Below, piece after piece: positions 44,282 through 56,512 of a stretch of DNA of 64,000 nt; positions within the stretch are counted from its first letter, which is position 1, and each line of letters starts with the position of its first letter. The translations under genes and the position numbers were made by a program. Under the pieces are notes generated by a model that searched no databases, was not told where the DNA came from, and saw only the letters and a program-made list of their open reading frames with translations. The DNA is taken from the NCBI GenBank assembly GCA_964016885.1, contig OZ024743.1, positions 15,624,001 through 15,688,000 of the forward strand, given 5' to 3'. The stretch comes from Eledone cirrhosa (lineage: Eukaryota).

Positions 44282-44434
44282 TCAGCAGCATACATATTTT
44301 TCTGATTGAATTATTTTTCTGTTGTTAGACAGTTTCCCTCTAGTTGTGTGTGAGAACATATCACTGTTAAGATGTTTTGTAGAGAAAGAAGGGTGTGGCA
44401 ATGGCATTTCAGTGACTGAATCATGATTTAATTC
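44282..44434 (-). CDS. Candidate host-gene exon (ELNHDSVTEMPLPHPSF...SEKYVCC*)
   Basis: Acceptor ttctttctatatattaacag; open frame in phase with the exon at 45051-45186; ends at TGA or at an internal GTATGC donor. Ends approximate to about 1 nt. Confidence 0.4.
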   Translation of the reverse strand, partial: ELNHDSVTEMPLPHPSFSTKHLNSDMFSHTTRGKLSNNRKIIQSEKYVCC

Positions 44435-44523
44435 CTGTTAATATATAGAAAGAATTAAGATGAACACAAAATAAATCCAAAGCCTGTTGTTTATGTTACT
44501 GATTAGCCCCAGGACAGCCTTAA

Positions 44524-44743
44524 CCCTTTAGCATTCACATTATTTTATATATACTATTATATTTTCATGGTAAAGGCTTTACCTCACATAATTACCTCAC
44601 ATAATATCGAATCTATGAGATTTTGAAAGTATTTATTTTGAGAACAATACCTTAATATCAGTTTGAGTGACCAGTTACAGCCAGTTTCAACAGAAAGGGG
44701 TAGAGAGTTCTGGCCGGTTTTGGCCGGTTTGAACATTAAAGGG
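44524..44743. mobile_element. piggyBac-type MITE
   Basis: TTAA on both sides (44520-44523, 44744-44747); imperfect TIRs ccctttagcattca / tgaacattaaaggg. Confidence 0.72.
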
Positions 44744-45050
44744 TTAATTGAGCAGACCTAACATTAAAGACCTTCCAGCTATAATGGCCCCATATCATTC
44801 TATATTTAGGACTACATTACTCAAAATGATTCTTCATTCTCCACACATTAATTTCAATGGCTCACATTTTTTAACCCGATATCGCACATTCTTCTTGCCT
44901 TTTTTCCCTTCCTTGTCTTACTTTTCTGTTTCACTCATGAGACTCTCTTGCTATAAAAAGTACAATACAATTTCCTTGACGTCACATAAATTCTTTGTAT
45001 ACATAGTATAGCTTAACTGTTACAAATTATTGCTTTGCCTCATCCCTTAC

Positions 45051-45186
45051 ACCATGGACAGTGTTTTGGCTTGTGCCAGATGATGTGACCTCAGTTGGAC
45101 CAGAAGTACTCTTGGCAGAGGTTGAAACATCCAAACCATCTCGATGGCCGATGACCCTGGAGTTCTGACTTTCATTTGTATTTTTA
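45051..45186 (-). CDS. Candidate host-gene exon, Ser/Thr-rich (KNTNESQNSRVIGHRDGLDVSTSAKSTSGPTEVTSSGTSQNTVHG)
   Basis: GC-richer than its surroundings, open frame, GTAAGG donor at 45050, T-rich AG acceptor. Confidence 0.45.
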
Positions 45187-45278
45187 CTTTAAAAAAAATT
45201 TAAGGTCTCCCCTTACAAAAATAGTTTTACATTTTGCCTTACTTTCGTTCCTTGTCTTGTTCTCTGCTAATTTTCATA

Positions 45279-45323
<45 letters not shown>

Positions 45324-45326
<3 letters not shown>

Positions 45327-45500
45327 AAAGGTAAACAGAAATAACAACACAATCGGTACAGTATATGGAAGGGATAAAGGGATATATTAGGTTAACGCTT
45401 TATATAGCAGGATGAGGGTCTTAACGTTTCGGACAATAGTCCTCCATCAGAAAAAAGAATGAGAAATAAGATAGATTGAGAGGACAGGCGGGTTGGAATA
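45324..45500 (-). mobile_element. PLE-type terminal repeat with hammerhead motif at 45419-45454
   Basis: Minus strand: tttt CTGATGG a ggac-tatt-gtcc GAAA cg TT aaga; homologous to 63610-63780; adjoins (TA)n. Confidence 0.7.
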
Positions 45501-46160
45501 GGAACAAATGCCTTTAGATAAAAATAACAAGTCCATCCATGTTGTGTGTGTGTGGGTATGTATTAAAATATTCCATGTATAATCTATTGCAACTCATTTT
45601 CGTTTCAAAAACCTTGCTTGGATATGTTTTAGTGGAAAGAACTCTATGATATAGCATTGTTATTGGTAGTATGTATTTATTCCCTTCTTATCTCAAATGT
45701 TAATGCAACAGGAAGTTTATTAGTGACATAGCTAAAAAAGCCAGTGATAAAAACTTTCTCTAGCACATGCTATCATTTATTTTGTAATAAATATAATCAA
45801 ACTTCTTTCCATTCTCCATGCTATACCTATTGCTTGCTTTTACATACAACAAAACTTTTCTTTATATTTGTTTACAACAACAATCCACTAAATTTCCAGA
45901 TGTTGTTTTGTTTTTGTCTCATTATGTGAAAACTTGGCCAAGTATCTTCTACTATTTCCTTGGAGACAAATGCCCCATTAGTCAAATTTAGTTATGTAAA
46001 TATATATATATATATATGTGTGTGAATGTGTGTGTGTGCGTGTACACATATGCCTGTGTTTGTGCTCATGGTGTCTGACTTGGGCTGATATGACTGACTA
46101 AGTCCCTTCAGTGTAGTGCCCCAGCATAGCTGCAGTATAATGACTGAAACCAATGAAAGA

Positions 46161-46194
<34 letters not shown>

Positions 46195-46531
46195 ATTCAT
46201 AAATATATCAAGTTTGCTACTTAAAACTAACACTTAAATTAAGAATGGTATAACTTCTTAGTAATTGTTTGTGTATTTGCAGTGTATGTTTATGTATATA
46301 TATAGATTTGTGTATATTTTACAGTTTTCTTTTTATATATTTAGTTTCTTGCAGTATGTGTCTATTGTATATATATATATTCATGTATGTCTATGATTTA
46401 AGATCCATATGTCTTTACGTTTTCATATTTTACACAAATGTGTATGCGTGACTAGAATGTCATTAAAGTGCAAGTGAGTTTGTGCATGTGTACATTTTGA
46501 TTGGTAAATATTTACATACACTGCCCCACCC

Positions 46532-46562
<31 letters not shown>

Positions 46563-46670
46563 TAAACGGAATAGAAAATGCTGACAAATTGTTCACAGTG
46601 AAAAATAGTTTAATTAGGAATAAGTGAGAATTAGTAATTGTATTGGTTAGTATTCAGTTTTAGTTTTAAG

Positions 46671-46706
46671 TTTTACCGGTTGCGCATTTCTAATGCTTTT
46701 CAAAAA
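46671..46706 (-). ncRNA. Degenerate hammerhead-like motif
   Basis: ttt TTGAAAA gcatt-aga-aatgc GCAA ccgg TA aaa; topology and palindromic stem III fit, but 3 core substitutions. Confidence 0.4.
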
Positions 46707-47107
46707 TAATTTTGAAATAGAGCGTCCGTGATGTTTGCTCTGATCTGATTAGTTTTGGGAATTCTACCTGTTTTTATGTTAAAAAAGTGGCTCCAGCGGT
46801 ATTAAAATAGGTTTTGCGCCAATTCGTGTTGCAAAAATTCTTGTGGTCAAAACAATTTTGATTGGTCGGTAGAGGTCATGTGAATGTAAAAAATTGATTT
46901 TGCGCTAAATGTAGGTTTGTGTCGGCTGACTGAGAAATGACTCTTTCACAACAAATATGTGTGTGTGTGTGTAGTAGTAGTAAAGTGTTTGTTGTTGTGA
47001 TAATGGTTAGCAGGGATGTGTGCGAACCGCACCCTGTTGACAGTTCAAATGCCTATTAAGCCAAATGTGTGTATATGTCTCTTTGTATGTTAATGTACGC
47101 GTATGTG

Positions 47108-47139
<32 letters not shown>

Positions 47140-47354
47140 AGAATGTGTGTGGGTGGACCAGTATTTTTTTCCCCTGGTAAAATGGTGTACATTATTCGAT
47201 ATTTTCAGTAAAATCGATTCTCTCAATAGAACATCAAAAACCTTAATAATAAAAGGTGTGAAATGATATATAGTATTGGCATAATACCAAGGTGTGTGTG
47301 AGTGTGTGTGTGTGTCCAGATTGTACGTACTGAAAGGGGGATCCCTTAGGCGAT

Positions 47355-49603
47355 GTCGGAGTTTATCAGCTCGTCCCAGGTTTTTCTAGGTCTGCCTATT
47401 CCGTGACTACCGTCTATCTTTATTGCCCTGCACTTTGTTATACAGCTATCGACTTTCATGCGCATCACGTGTCCATACCAACGTAGCCTTCTCTCGAGTA
47501 AACAACATCTGATCCCTCTTATCTCTAATTTTTTCCTTAGTTCGTTTATGCTTTGCCGTTCACGTATATTACTATTACACATCCAGCGGAGCATGCAAGC
47601 TTCGTTCCTCTCTAGTCTGCGTATATCCTCTGCACACAATGCCCAGGTCTCACTGCCATGCAGCATTGCTGTTCGTATGCAGGCATCGTACAACCTGCCT
47701 TTCATTTTTAGGGAGAACCCTTTAGCAGCTAATAGTGGTATAAGCTCTCTGAACTTTTTCCAACCAGTTCTGACTCTAGCTACAGTACTTTCAGAGCACC
47801 CTCCCCCACTGCTGATTTTATCGCCCAGGTAACGGAAGCTGTCCACTATTTCTATAGAACCCTCTGCGCAATTGAAAGAGCTAGTATTTTGTGGGCACTT
47901 GCTGCTACTTATTGCACCAGAACACCGGCCACATGTAAAATCTATGTTCTTAGTTAGCTTACCTGTGATCCCACTACATCTTTTATGCACCCATACTTTG
48001 CATTTAGGACATAAAATGGAGTTTCTACCTACGCCTTTCCTACACACCGAGCACGACCATTTCCCAGAAGGGACCGCCGCCTTGTTTTCTTTCCTACAAA
48101 CTAGAACTTTGGTCTTAGCCAGGTTAATTTTAAGACCTTTTGACTCTAGGCCGTGCTTCCATGTTTGGAATTTCTTCTCTAGCTCGGCCATTGATTCCGC
48201 TATGAGTGTCAGGTCGTCTGCGTATAGGAGTTCCCATGGGCAGCCTGTCTTGAACTCCTCTGTTATAGCCTGAAGGGCAATAATAAATAGTAGGGGGCTG
48301 AGAACAGAGCCCTGATGGACGCCAACTTTTACGCTAAACTCTTCACTATATTCGTTGTTAATTCTAACCTTGCTGACTGTTTCTTTATACATGGCTTGTA
48401 TAGCCCTCACAAGCCATTCGTCAACGCCTAGTTTTCTAAGAGCCCACCAGATAATGGAGCGGGGGACTCTGTCGAAGGCTTTCTCCAAGTCGACAAAAGC
48501 TAAGTAGAGGGGTTTACCTTTAGCTAGGTACTTCTCCTGTAGTTGTCGTACTATGAAAAGAGCGTCTGTGGTACTTTTGCCTGACACAAACCCGAACTGC
48601 ATTTCATCTAGGTCAATTCTCTCTCTGATTAGTTGCGCTATTACTTTTTCCGTGACCTTCATGACCTGGTCGATTAATTTAATGCCTCTATAGTTACTCC
48701 TATCTAGGGCGTCTCCTTTACCCTTATAACAGTTAACGATGATGCTGCTATGCCAGTCCTTCGGAACAACCCCATTCTGTACGACTTGGTTAACTATGCG
48801 GGTGACCATGGTGTGTCCCACCGTGCCAGATGCCTTCAGCATCTCAGCAACTATTTCCGAAGGCCCAGCCGCCTTACCCATCTTCATATTCTTGATTGCC
48901 TTACTTATTATACTCCCCTCGACTAACACTGCTGGTCCCTCTATTGAGTCGATATGGGGGAGACTGTCTTTCTCCCATTTATTCTCCTCATTTAGTAGCC
49001 TTTCATAGTGACACTTCCAAGCTACCTTCTTATCAGCGTCGGTGATGGCAAGTGTGCCATCGTCGTTTAGTACACACTTCTCCCCGACAATATCACGGTT
49101 TTCCTTGACGCATTGCCTAGCAATCCTGAACACCTCACGTTTTTGGTCATCGCGTTGTAGAACATGCTTGAACTTTCTTTCCTCAGCTTCCCTTCTTGCT
49201 AAGTACACTTGTCTCCTAGCTTCCCTCCTGGCCACTTGATAGTCTTCTCTACTTCCCCCATCCCGCCATACTTTCCAAGCCTGCTTTTTGGCCTTAATTG
49301 ACCCCTCCACCTTACTGTTCCACCACCATGTTACTCTCCTCCTGCCTACAGGCCTGCTCCAGCCACAGACTTCATCTGTCGCCAACAGCAGGTTTGCTTT
49401 CAGAAATTCCCACTCTCCCTCTGTACTTTTGCCTGACACAAACCCGAACTGCATTTCATCTAGGTCAATTCTCTCTCTGATTAGTTGCGCTATTACTTTT
49501 TCCGTGACCTTCATGACCTGGTCGATTAATTTAATGCCTCTATAGTTACTCCTATCTAGGGGGTCTCCTTTACCCTTATAACAGTTAACGATGATGCTGC
49601 TAT
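47355..49603 (-). mobile_element. Rearranged internal RTE fragment, near-identical to the full-length copy
   Basis: 47355-49421 matches ~53333-55400; 49422-49603 duplicates ~48570-48752; no 3' UTR or tail; ORF 47346-49928 has a minisatellite-derived N-terminus. Confidence 0.9.
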
Positions 49604-49604
49604 G

Positions 49605-49930
49605 CATACCTGTGCACAAATTGTACACATGTATCTGGAGTGTGTCCAGAAATTGTATACCCGTGCACAAATATGTATCTGGAGTGTGTCCAGATTGTAA
49701 GGACTTGCCGTATTGGAATACCTGGGCACAAATATGTATATGGAGTGTGTCCAGAAATTGTAAACCTGTGCACAAACTGTACACCTGTGCACAAACCGTA
49801 CACATGCATCTGGAGTGTGTCCAGAAATTGTATACCTGTGTACAAATATGTATCTGGAGTGTGTCCAGATTCCACGTACTGCAAGGGGAATTGATTAGGC
49901 TTTGCCGTATTGGAATACCTGTGCACAAAA
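49605..49930. repeat. Irregular minisatellite, 44-bp core (atgtatctggagtgtgtccagaaattgtatacctgtgcacaaat)
   Basis: (c)tggagtgtgtccaga recurs at about 49635, 49679, 49740, 49810 and 49854. Confidence 0.85.
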
Positions 49931-50066
49931 ATGTATGTGCCCATCAGTGTGCAATGCATGCGTGCGTTTGTGTATGTGTGTGTGTCGGCACGTTTATATC
50001 TATAGACATCAAAAGGTATGCACATTTGTGTATATTTGTGTTGCATCATAGATATATATATATATA

Positions 50067-50420
50067 GTGACGAAACATAAGTCAATTGCATGAACTCATA
50101 ATCCTTTATTTACTGCTATATATATTTCGATGATAGCCATTGAATGACTATGACCTCATCAGGCAGTTAGTCAGTTCTTAGAAATGCCAGCTCTGTGTGT
50201 ATAGTGTTAATGGTATCAGAGCCTTGGGACATATGAGCTTGTTAGGAATATTTTGATGTTGTCAGCAGGAATAGTCTTGATTCTCATTGGTCAGTTTGTA
50301 AATGGTAGTAGGTTGGTATTTGACCTTAAAGAGGCAGGTGGTTCTGTAGGGTTCAAACCATCAGGCAAGATGACAATAGTTCCACATGACTGATTTTCAC
50401 AAAAGGCATTCTTGGTCAGA
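50067..50420 (-). mobile_element. PLE 3' end (LPDGLN-like C-terminus followed by a hammerhead)
   Basis: Minus-strand ttg cct gat ggt ttg aac near 50352-50369, then hammerhead 50112-50167; terminus shared with 4278-4346. Confidence 0.6.
50112..50167 (-). ncRNA. Minimal type-I hammerhead ribozyme motif
   Basis: actgc CTGATGA ggtc atagtca-ttcaa-tggctat catc GAAA tatata TA gcagt. Confidence 0.77.
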
Positions 50421-51229
50421 TATATTTTTAAATAAGGATAATAGTATGAAATAGACACTGCAGGTCATTCTTAAATTGAGGAATTTATGTGGAGTGGTGC
50501 TACTGAAAATTATGGTTGGAGTAGAAAGTTTACAAATAAAAAGGCTTATGTAGGTTGGCTTGCACTACACTCACACCCACCTCCACAGACACACACACAC
50601 ATCCACACATACAAAAAGTGGGGTGGTAATACTTAATATAATGGTTAGAGTCCAATACTTAGATAGTTTAGAAAATTTAGAAATAAAGGGTTTATGCTGG
50701 TTCACTTGTACATGCACTCACACCTACCCCCTCAAACACTCCCACATCTACACACACAAATCCATACAGGTGTGCATATATACATATGCATGCATGCATG
50801 TACGCACAAGTATACACATATATATATACATAAAATATATATATACACAGAACATGCATATATATGAAATATATACATACAAAAAGATTTTAAAAATATA
50901 TATATACATAGGTACACACACACACACAAAATATATACACACGTAAGACATACATATATATAAAAAAAATACACACACACATACACACATATATATATAA
51001 AATGTATACATACAGATACACACACATATATAAAAGATACGCATACATACACACATATATATACACATGATACATATATACATATATATATATATATAAA
51101 ATCAGCTTCAATAAAACATTGTTTAGATGACTCCTAACCAGTAGAGAATCCAGTGGACCATCCACCATAAGGACAGCAAACCATGGGTGGTTGTTGTTGT
51201 CTCTCTCTTTCTCTCTCTCTATATATATA

Positions 51230-51328
<99 letters not shown>

Positions 51329-52457
51329 ATATATGTTTGTTTGTGCATATATAAATTAATTTAATTATTATTTAAGTATTAATTAATAGACAGTGATTGC
51401 TTAACATTTTATAGTGTTTTTGAACACTAGTTAGAAATTTATGCAATACAGTTATGTTTTCCTTTTAAATTTCTTTAAATTTATAATATGCTTAAACACA
51501 TACTTCATCATTCTATACCATATTGAAAATAAGACATATGAATAGAATATGAATTTTGCGAAACTTAATCTAAATTCATTCATGTTTGTACAACCAGAAT
51601 ATTTAAACAAGCAATTTAATTTGTTTGCAATAGTTTCAGATATAAATTGATAGATTAGAAAACATGAAGTATATATGAAGTAAAATTTTCCTTCAAATAC
51701 TCATCCTATTTTCTGTTGGAAGCTATTATTAGGGTGAGTAAAATGTATTGTTTAGTTTATTGGACTTGCTTTCTATAGTATTTGAAGCCAAAACTTTCTG
51801 TCTCTGTCTGAGGTAAAATCGTTAATAACACAGCAATTAGGTTAGCAGTTTGTTGCTTGATTTGATTCATTCACTAATCTAAGCATCTGACTTCTTTTAC
51901 TTAATGTGTTGTCATATTTGACTGAGACAGACATATATATATATATTGTATTCCAACCTCGAAATAGATATTTTAGAGAAAATATCTTACATACGTCTTT
52001 AACACTTTGCTTAATTGACCATTGAAATTGAACTTGATCACACCAACTATCTAAGAAAGAAAACTTTCAATGTGCAAATATATATTTTATAACCTCCATC
52101 AGGCTATAAGAAGAGCAAAAAAATGTTATATGTTTGGAAATTTGGGAACTAATAAGTTAAACCATATCTATTTTGAAATTTCCTTTCAAGTGCTTCCATT
52201 GTGTTTCACAATAATATATATATATAGAAAGGGCATAGGTAATTATAGTGACTTTTTGCAACTTGATTTATTGACATCAATGAGATAAGTCAACATTGAT
52301 GGCATTTAAAACTTCAAATATATAATGATGTCACTATATATCATAAGGCCTTTAATTCCATCATTCAAACGTTTTACAATCCACAGTATCATACTGAGTC
52401 AACATGTACATATACTATATAAGAAAATATTTTTCTAATTACCAATAGCTGCTTATG

Positions 52458-52507
52458 TCGACCAATCGGTGTGTATTTTCACTGGAAACTACACACCGAT
52501 TGGTCGA
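52458..52507. repeat. 18-bp perfect-stem hairpin
   Basis: tcgaccaatcggtgtgta ... tacacaccgattggtcga. Confidence 0.85.
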
Positions 52508-52836
52508 AATACAGTTTGCAAGATTTAGCATTCTGGAGCCACTTTTCACTGTATATAAGGCACAAAATTTACCCATCTCATTACAGTTGAAAATTGCAAA
52601 CTTGACTGTCACCACACATTATGAACCTGAAGATTGCGAAAGCATGAACATATTTGTTCAATTAACACTTAACATTTAATATTCTATCATACTATTTCAT
52701 TCTAATACCATTATAAATTTTAAAGGATTGTAAATAAAACGAGTAAATCAGACAAAGTTGGAATTCCTTTTATTAATATAATCTTCTATACACAATCATA
52801 CACACCCATGTATATTTATCTATCTATCTATCTCTA

Positions 52837-52873
<37 letters not shown>

Positions 52874-53233
52874 CATCATCATCATCATCATCATCAACGT
52901 TTAACGTCCGTGTTCCACGCTTGCATGGGTTTGGACGGGGGTAGTCCCACTTGAGGCAAGAGTGATTGTCTTGCTCGCATAGGACTGTCTGGCAGGTTTT
53001 CTACAGTTGGATGCCCTTCCTAACACCAACCACATTTACAGTGTGGGTCTGGGAGGTTTTTACCGTGTTGCCTACACGGCCACATTACAGCGTGGACTGT
53101 GTGTTTTTTTGTCGTGACACCTACACGATCTCATTTGTTTCGGCCCGGATGGCGCGGCACCAACATAACTTTACATAGGACGGGGTGGTGTGGATGGGGT
53201 GGGGGTGGTGGTGGTGGGACGGGGTGTATTTTG

Positions 53234-56200
53234 TTAGAGATGCCTACTGGCAAGGCGGGTCTTCTCTGTTACTGAGTACCGCCAAAGGTCTCGGTCCAGT
53301 GACATTGTCTTGGAGAGGTGTAAGTGTGTGAGGTCGGAGTTTATCAGCTCGTCCCAGGTTTTTCTAGGTCTGCCTATTCCGTGGCTACCGTCTATCTTTA
53401 TTGCCCTGCACTTTGTTATACAGCTATCGACTTTCATGCGCATCACGTGTCCATACCAACGTAGCCTTCTCTCGAGTAAACAACATCTGATCCCTCTTAT
53501 CTCTAATTTTTTCCTTAGTTCGTTTATGCTTTGCCGTTCACGTATATTACTGTTACACATCCAGCGGAGCATGCAAGCTTCGTTCCTCTCTAGTCTGCGT
53601 ATATCCTCTGCACACAATGCCCAGGTCTCACTGCCATGCAACATTGCTGTTCGTATGCAGGCATCGTACAACCTGCCTTTCATTTTTAGGGAGAACCCTT
53701 TAGCAGCTAATAGTGGTATAAGCTCTCTGAACTTTTTCCAACCAGTTCTGACTCTAGCTACAGTACTTTCAGAGCACCCTCCCCCACTGCTGATTTTATC
53801 GCCCAGGTAACGGAAGCTGTCCACTATTTCTATAGAACCCTCTGCGCAATTGAAAGAGCTAGTATTGTGTGGGCACTTGCTGCTACTTATTGCACCAGAA
53901 CACCGGCCACATGTAAAATCTATGTTCTTAGTTAGCTTACCTGTGATCCCACTACATCTTTTATGCACCCATACTTTGCATTTAGGACACAAAATGGAGT
54001 TTCTACCTACGCCTTTCCTACACACCGAGCACGACCATTTCCCAGAAGGGACCGCCGCCTTGTTTTCTTTCCTACAAACTAGAACTTTGGTCTTAGCCAG
54101 GTTAATTTTAAGTCCTTTTGACTCTAGGCCGTGCTTCCATGTTTGGAATTTCTTCTCTAGCTCGGCCATTGATTCCGCTATGAGTGTCAGGTCGTCTGCG
54201 TATAGGAGTTCCCATGGGCAGCCTGTCTTGAACTCCTCTGTTATAGCCTGAAGGGCAATAATAAATAGTAGGGGGCTGAGAACAGAGCCCTGATGGACGC
54301 CAACTTTTACGCTAAACTCTTCACTATATTCGTTGTTAATTCTAACCTTGCTGACTGTTTCTTTATACATGGCTTGTATAGCCCTCACAAGCCATTCGTC
54401 AACGCCTAGTTTTCTAAGAGCCCACCAGATAATGGAGCGGGGGACTCTGTCGAAGGCTTTCTCCAAGTCGACAAAAGCTAAGTAGAGGGGTTTACCTTTA
54501 GCTAGGTACTTCTCCTGTAGTTGTCGTACTATGAAAAGAGCGTCTGTGGTACTTTTGCCTGACACAAACCCGAACTGCATTTCATCTAGGTCAATTCTCT
54601 CTCTGATTAGTTGCGCTATTACTTTTTCTGTGACCTTCATGACCTGGTCGATTAATTTAATGCCTCTATAGTTACTCCTATCTAGGGCGTCTCCTTTACC
54701 CTTATAACAGTTAACGATGATGCTGCTATGCCAGTCCTTCGGAACAGCCCCATTCTGTACGACTTGGTTAACTATGCGGGTGACCATGGTGTGTCCCACC
54801 GTGCCAGATGCCTTCAGCATCTCAGCAACTATTTCCGAAGGCCCAGCCGCCTTACCTGTCTTCATATCCTTGATTGCCTTACTTATTATACTCCCCTCGA
54901 CTAACACTGCTGGTCCCTCTATTGGGTCGACATGGGGGAGACTGTCTTTCTCCCATTTATTCTCCTCATTTAGTAGCCTTTCATAGTGACACTTCCAAGC
55001 TGCCTTCTTATCAGTGTCGGTGATGGCAAGTATGCCATCATCGTTAAGTACACACTTCTCCCCGACAATATCACGGTTTTCCTTGACGCATTGCCTAGCA
55101 ATCCTGAACACCTCACGTTTTTGGTCATCGCGTTGTAGGACATGCTTGAACTTTCTTTCCTCAGCTTCCCTTCTTGCTAAGTACACTTCTCTCCTAGCTT
55201 CCCTCCTGGCCACTTGATAGTCTACTCTACTTCCCCCATCCCGCCATACTTTCCAAGCCTGCTTTTTGGCCTTAATTGACTCCTCCACCTTACTGTTCCA
55301 CCACCATGTTACTCTCCTCCTGCCTACAGGCCTGCTCCAGCCACAGACTTCGTCTGTGGCCAACAGCAGGTTTGCTTTCAGAAATTCCCACTGTCCCTCT
55401 ATATTGTCCGACTCTAAGTGTTCTTCCTTACTGTCGAAAGCATCAAGTAATATGTTTTGAAATTTATTTTTGGCTGTGGGGTCCTTTAGCTTCCATATTT
55501 TTCTCCTGAGGATAGTCCTCTTCTGCTGTCGAGTACGTCTCGACCTGACTATGAGGTCGCTAATTATCAGTCTATGTTGGGAGGTGCATTCTTCATGGGG
55601 GAGGGATTTAGTGTTTACAACAGACACTCTGTCACGTCTTCTGGTAAGGATATAATCTACCTGGCTTGTGTGTTCCCCGGATCTATAGGTGATCAGGTGA
55701 TTGTCACGTTTTTTGAAGTTAGTGTTACAGATAGTTAGGTTATTTGCATCACAGAATTCCAGGATTCTGGAGCCTTCCTCATTTCTAGTACCAAACCCAT
55801 AGCCTCCATGGATTTCGTCGTAGCCGTCACAATGTTGCCCAACGTGACCATTTAGGTCGCCTGCAATAATTATATAGTCACTGTCAGATATTTGGGAGGT
55901 AGTGAGCATCAGTGTCTCATAGAATCTGTCTTTTATAGTGCCGGGCAGTCCGGATTGGGGTGCATACGCAGATATTACTGTCACCGTAGTTCTATTGAGG
56001 ACAAGTCGTATTTTAATTATTCTGTCGTTCACTCTATTTACGTCTATTATCTTATCCGCCCACTTTTCTGCTACCATGATTCCTACTCCACCCAGCCCAT
56101 CGTCGTTTCCCACCCAGAAAAGCTTATAACATCGTTTTTTACCCTCAATGAATCTAGCAGACCCACCCCTCCACCTGGTCTCTTGAATACAACAAACATC

Positions 56201-56512
56201 GACCTCCTTACGTTCAAGCATTTCTACAACCTCGTTAGCGCGCCCCTTTAGGGTGCCTACATTTATGGTACCAACTCTGAAGTTTTGGATCGCGTTTGGA
56301 GGGTGGGGGTGGTGTGGGGCGGGGGGAGATGGGGTTATGTTAGCCATCCGCGGGCGAAACAAAGAAGAGTGCTCGCATTCTCGTCCACGAGGTGAATTTG
56401 ACTTTAGCATTGGCATTTTCGCTCTGAGCGTCCAGATTTTTCTCTCCCCTCCACTCTCCAGGATTCCGCAGTCCGTCCATCCATCCATCATATATCGAAG
56501 GCAACCGTGCAA
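53234..56512 (-). CDS. RTE ORF: APE endonuclease + reverse transcriptase with inserted PHD-type finger
   Basis: APE motifs GTINV, CIQETRW, SAYAPQ, GDLNGH, QVDYIL, SQHRLI; RT motifs NYRGIKL, QFGF, DLEKAFD, QGSVLSP, YADD, FRYLG; RTE signature RRLRWYGHVMR/GRPRKTW. The annotated start is TTG; the true start is probably a downstream ATG (e.g. 56347). Confidence 0.96.
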   Translation of the reverse strand: MHGCLRYMMDGWTDCGILESGGERKIWTLRAKMPMLKSNSPRGRECEHSSLFRPRMANITPSPPAPHHPHPPNAIQNFRVGTINVGTLKGRANEVVEMLERKEVDVCCIQETRWRGGSARFIEGKKRCYKLFWVGNDDGLGGVGIMVAEKWADKIIDVNRVNDRIIKIRLVLNRTTVTVISAYAPQSGLPGTIKDRFYETLMLTTSQISDSDYIIIAGDLNGHVGQHCDGYDEIHGGYGFGTRNEEGSRILEFCDANNLTICNTNFKKRDNHLITYRSGEHTSQVDYILTRRRDRVSVVNTKSLPHEECTSQHRLIISDLIVRSRRTRQQKRTILRRKIWKLKDPTAKNKFQNILLDAFDSKEEHLESDNIEGQWEFLKANLLLATDEVCGWSRPVGRRRVTWWWNSKVEESIKAKKQAWKVWRDGGSRVDYQVARREARREVYLARREAEERKFKHVLQRDDQKREVFRIARQCVKENRDIVGEKCVLNDDGILAITDTDKKAAWKCHYERLLNEENKWEKDSLPHVDPIEGPAVLVEGSIISKAIKDMKTGKAAGPSEIVAEMLKASGTVGHTMVTRIVNQVVQNGAVPKDWHSSIIVNCYKGKGDALDRSNYRGIKLIDQVMKVTEKVIAQLIRERIDLDEMQFGFVSGKSTTDALFIVRQLQEKYLAKGKPLYLAFVDLEKAFDRVPRSIIWWALRKLGVDEWLVRAIQAMYKETVSKVRINNEYSEEFSVKVGVHQGSVLSPLLFIIALQAITEEFKTGCPWELLYADDLTLIAESMAELEKKFQTWKHGLESKGLKINLAKTKVLVCRKENKAAVPSGKWSCSVCRKGVGRNSILCPKCKVWVHKRCSGITGKLTKNIDFTCGRCSGAISSSKCPHNTSSFNCAEGSIEIVDSFRYLGDKISSGGGCSESTVARVRTGWKKFRELIPLLAAKGFSLKMKGRLYDACIRTAMLHGSETWALCAEDIRRLERNEACMLRWMCNSNIRERQSINELRKKLEIRGIRCCLLERRLRWYGHVMRMKVDSCITKCRAIKIDGSHGIGRPRKTWDELINSDLTHLHLSKTMSLDRDLWRYSVTEKTRLASRHL

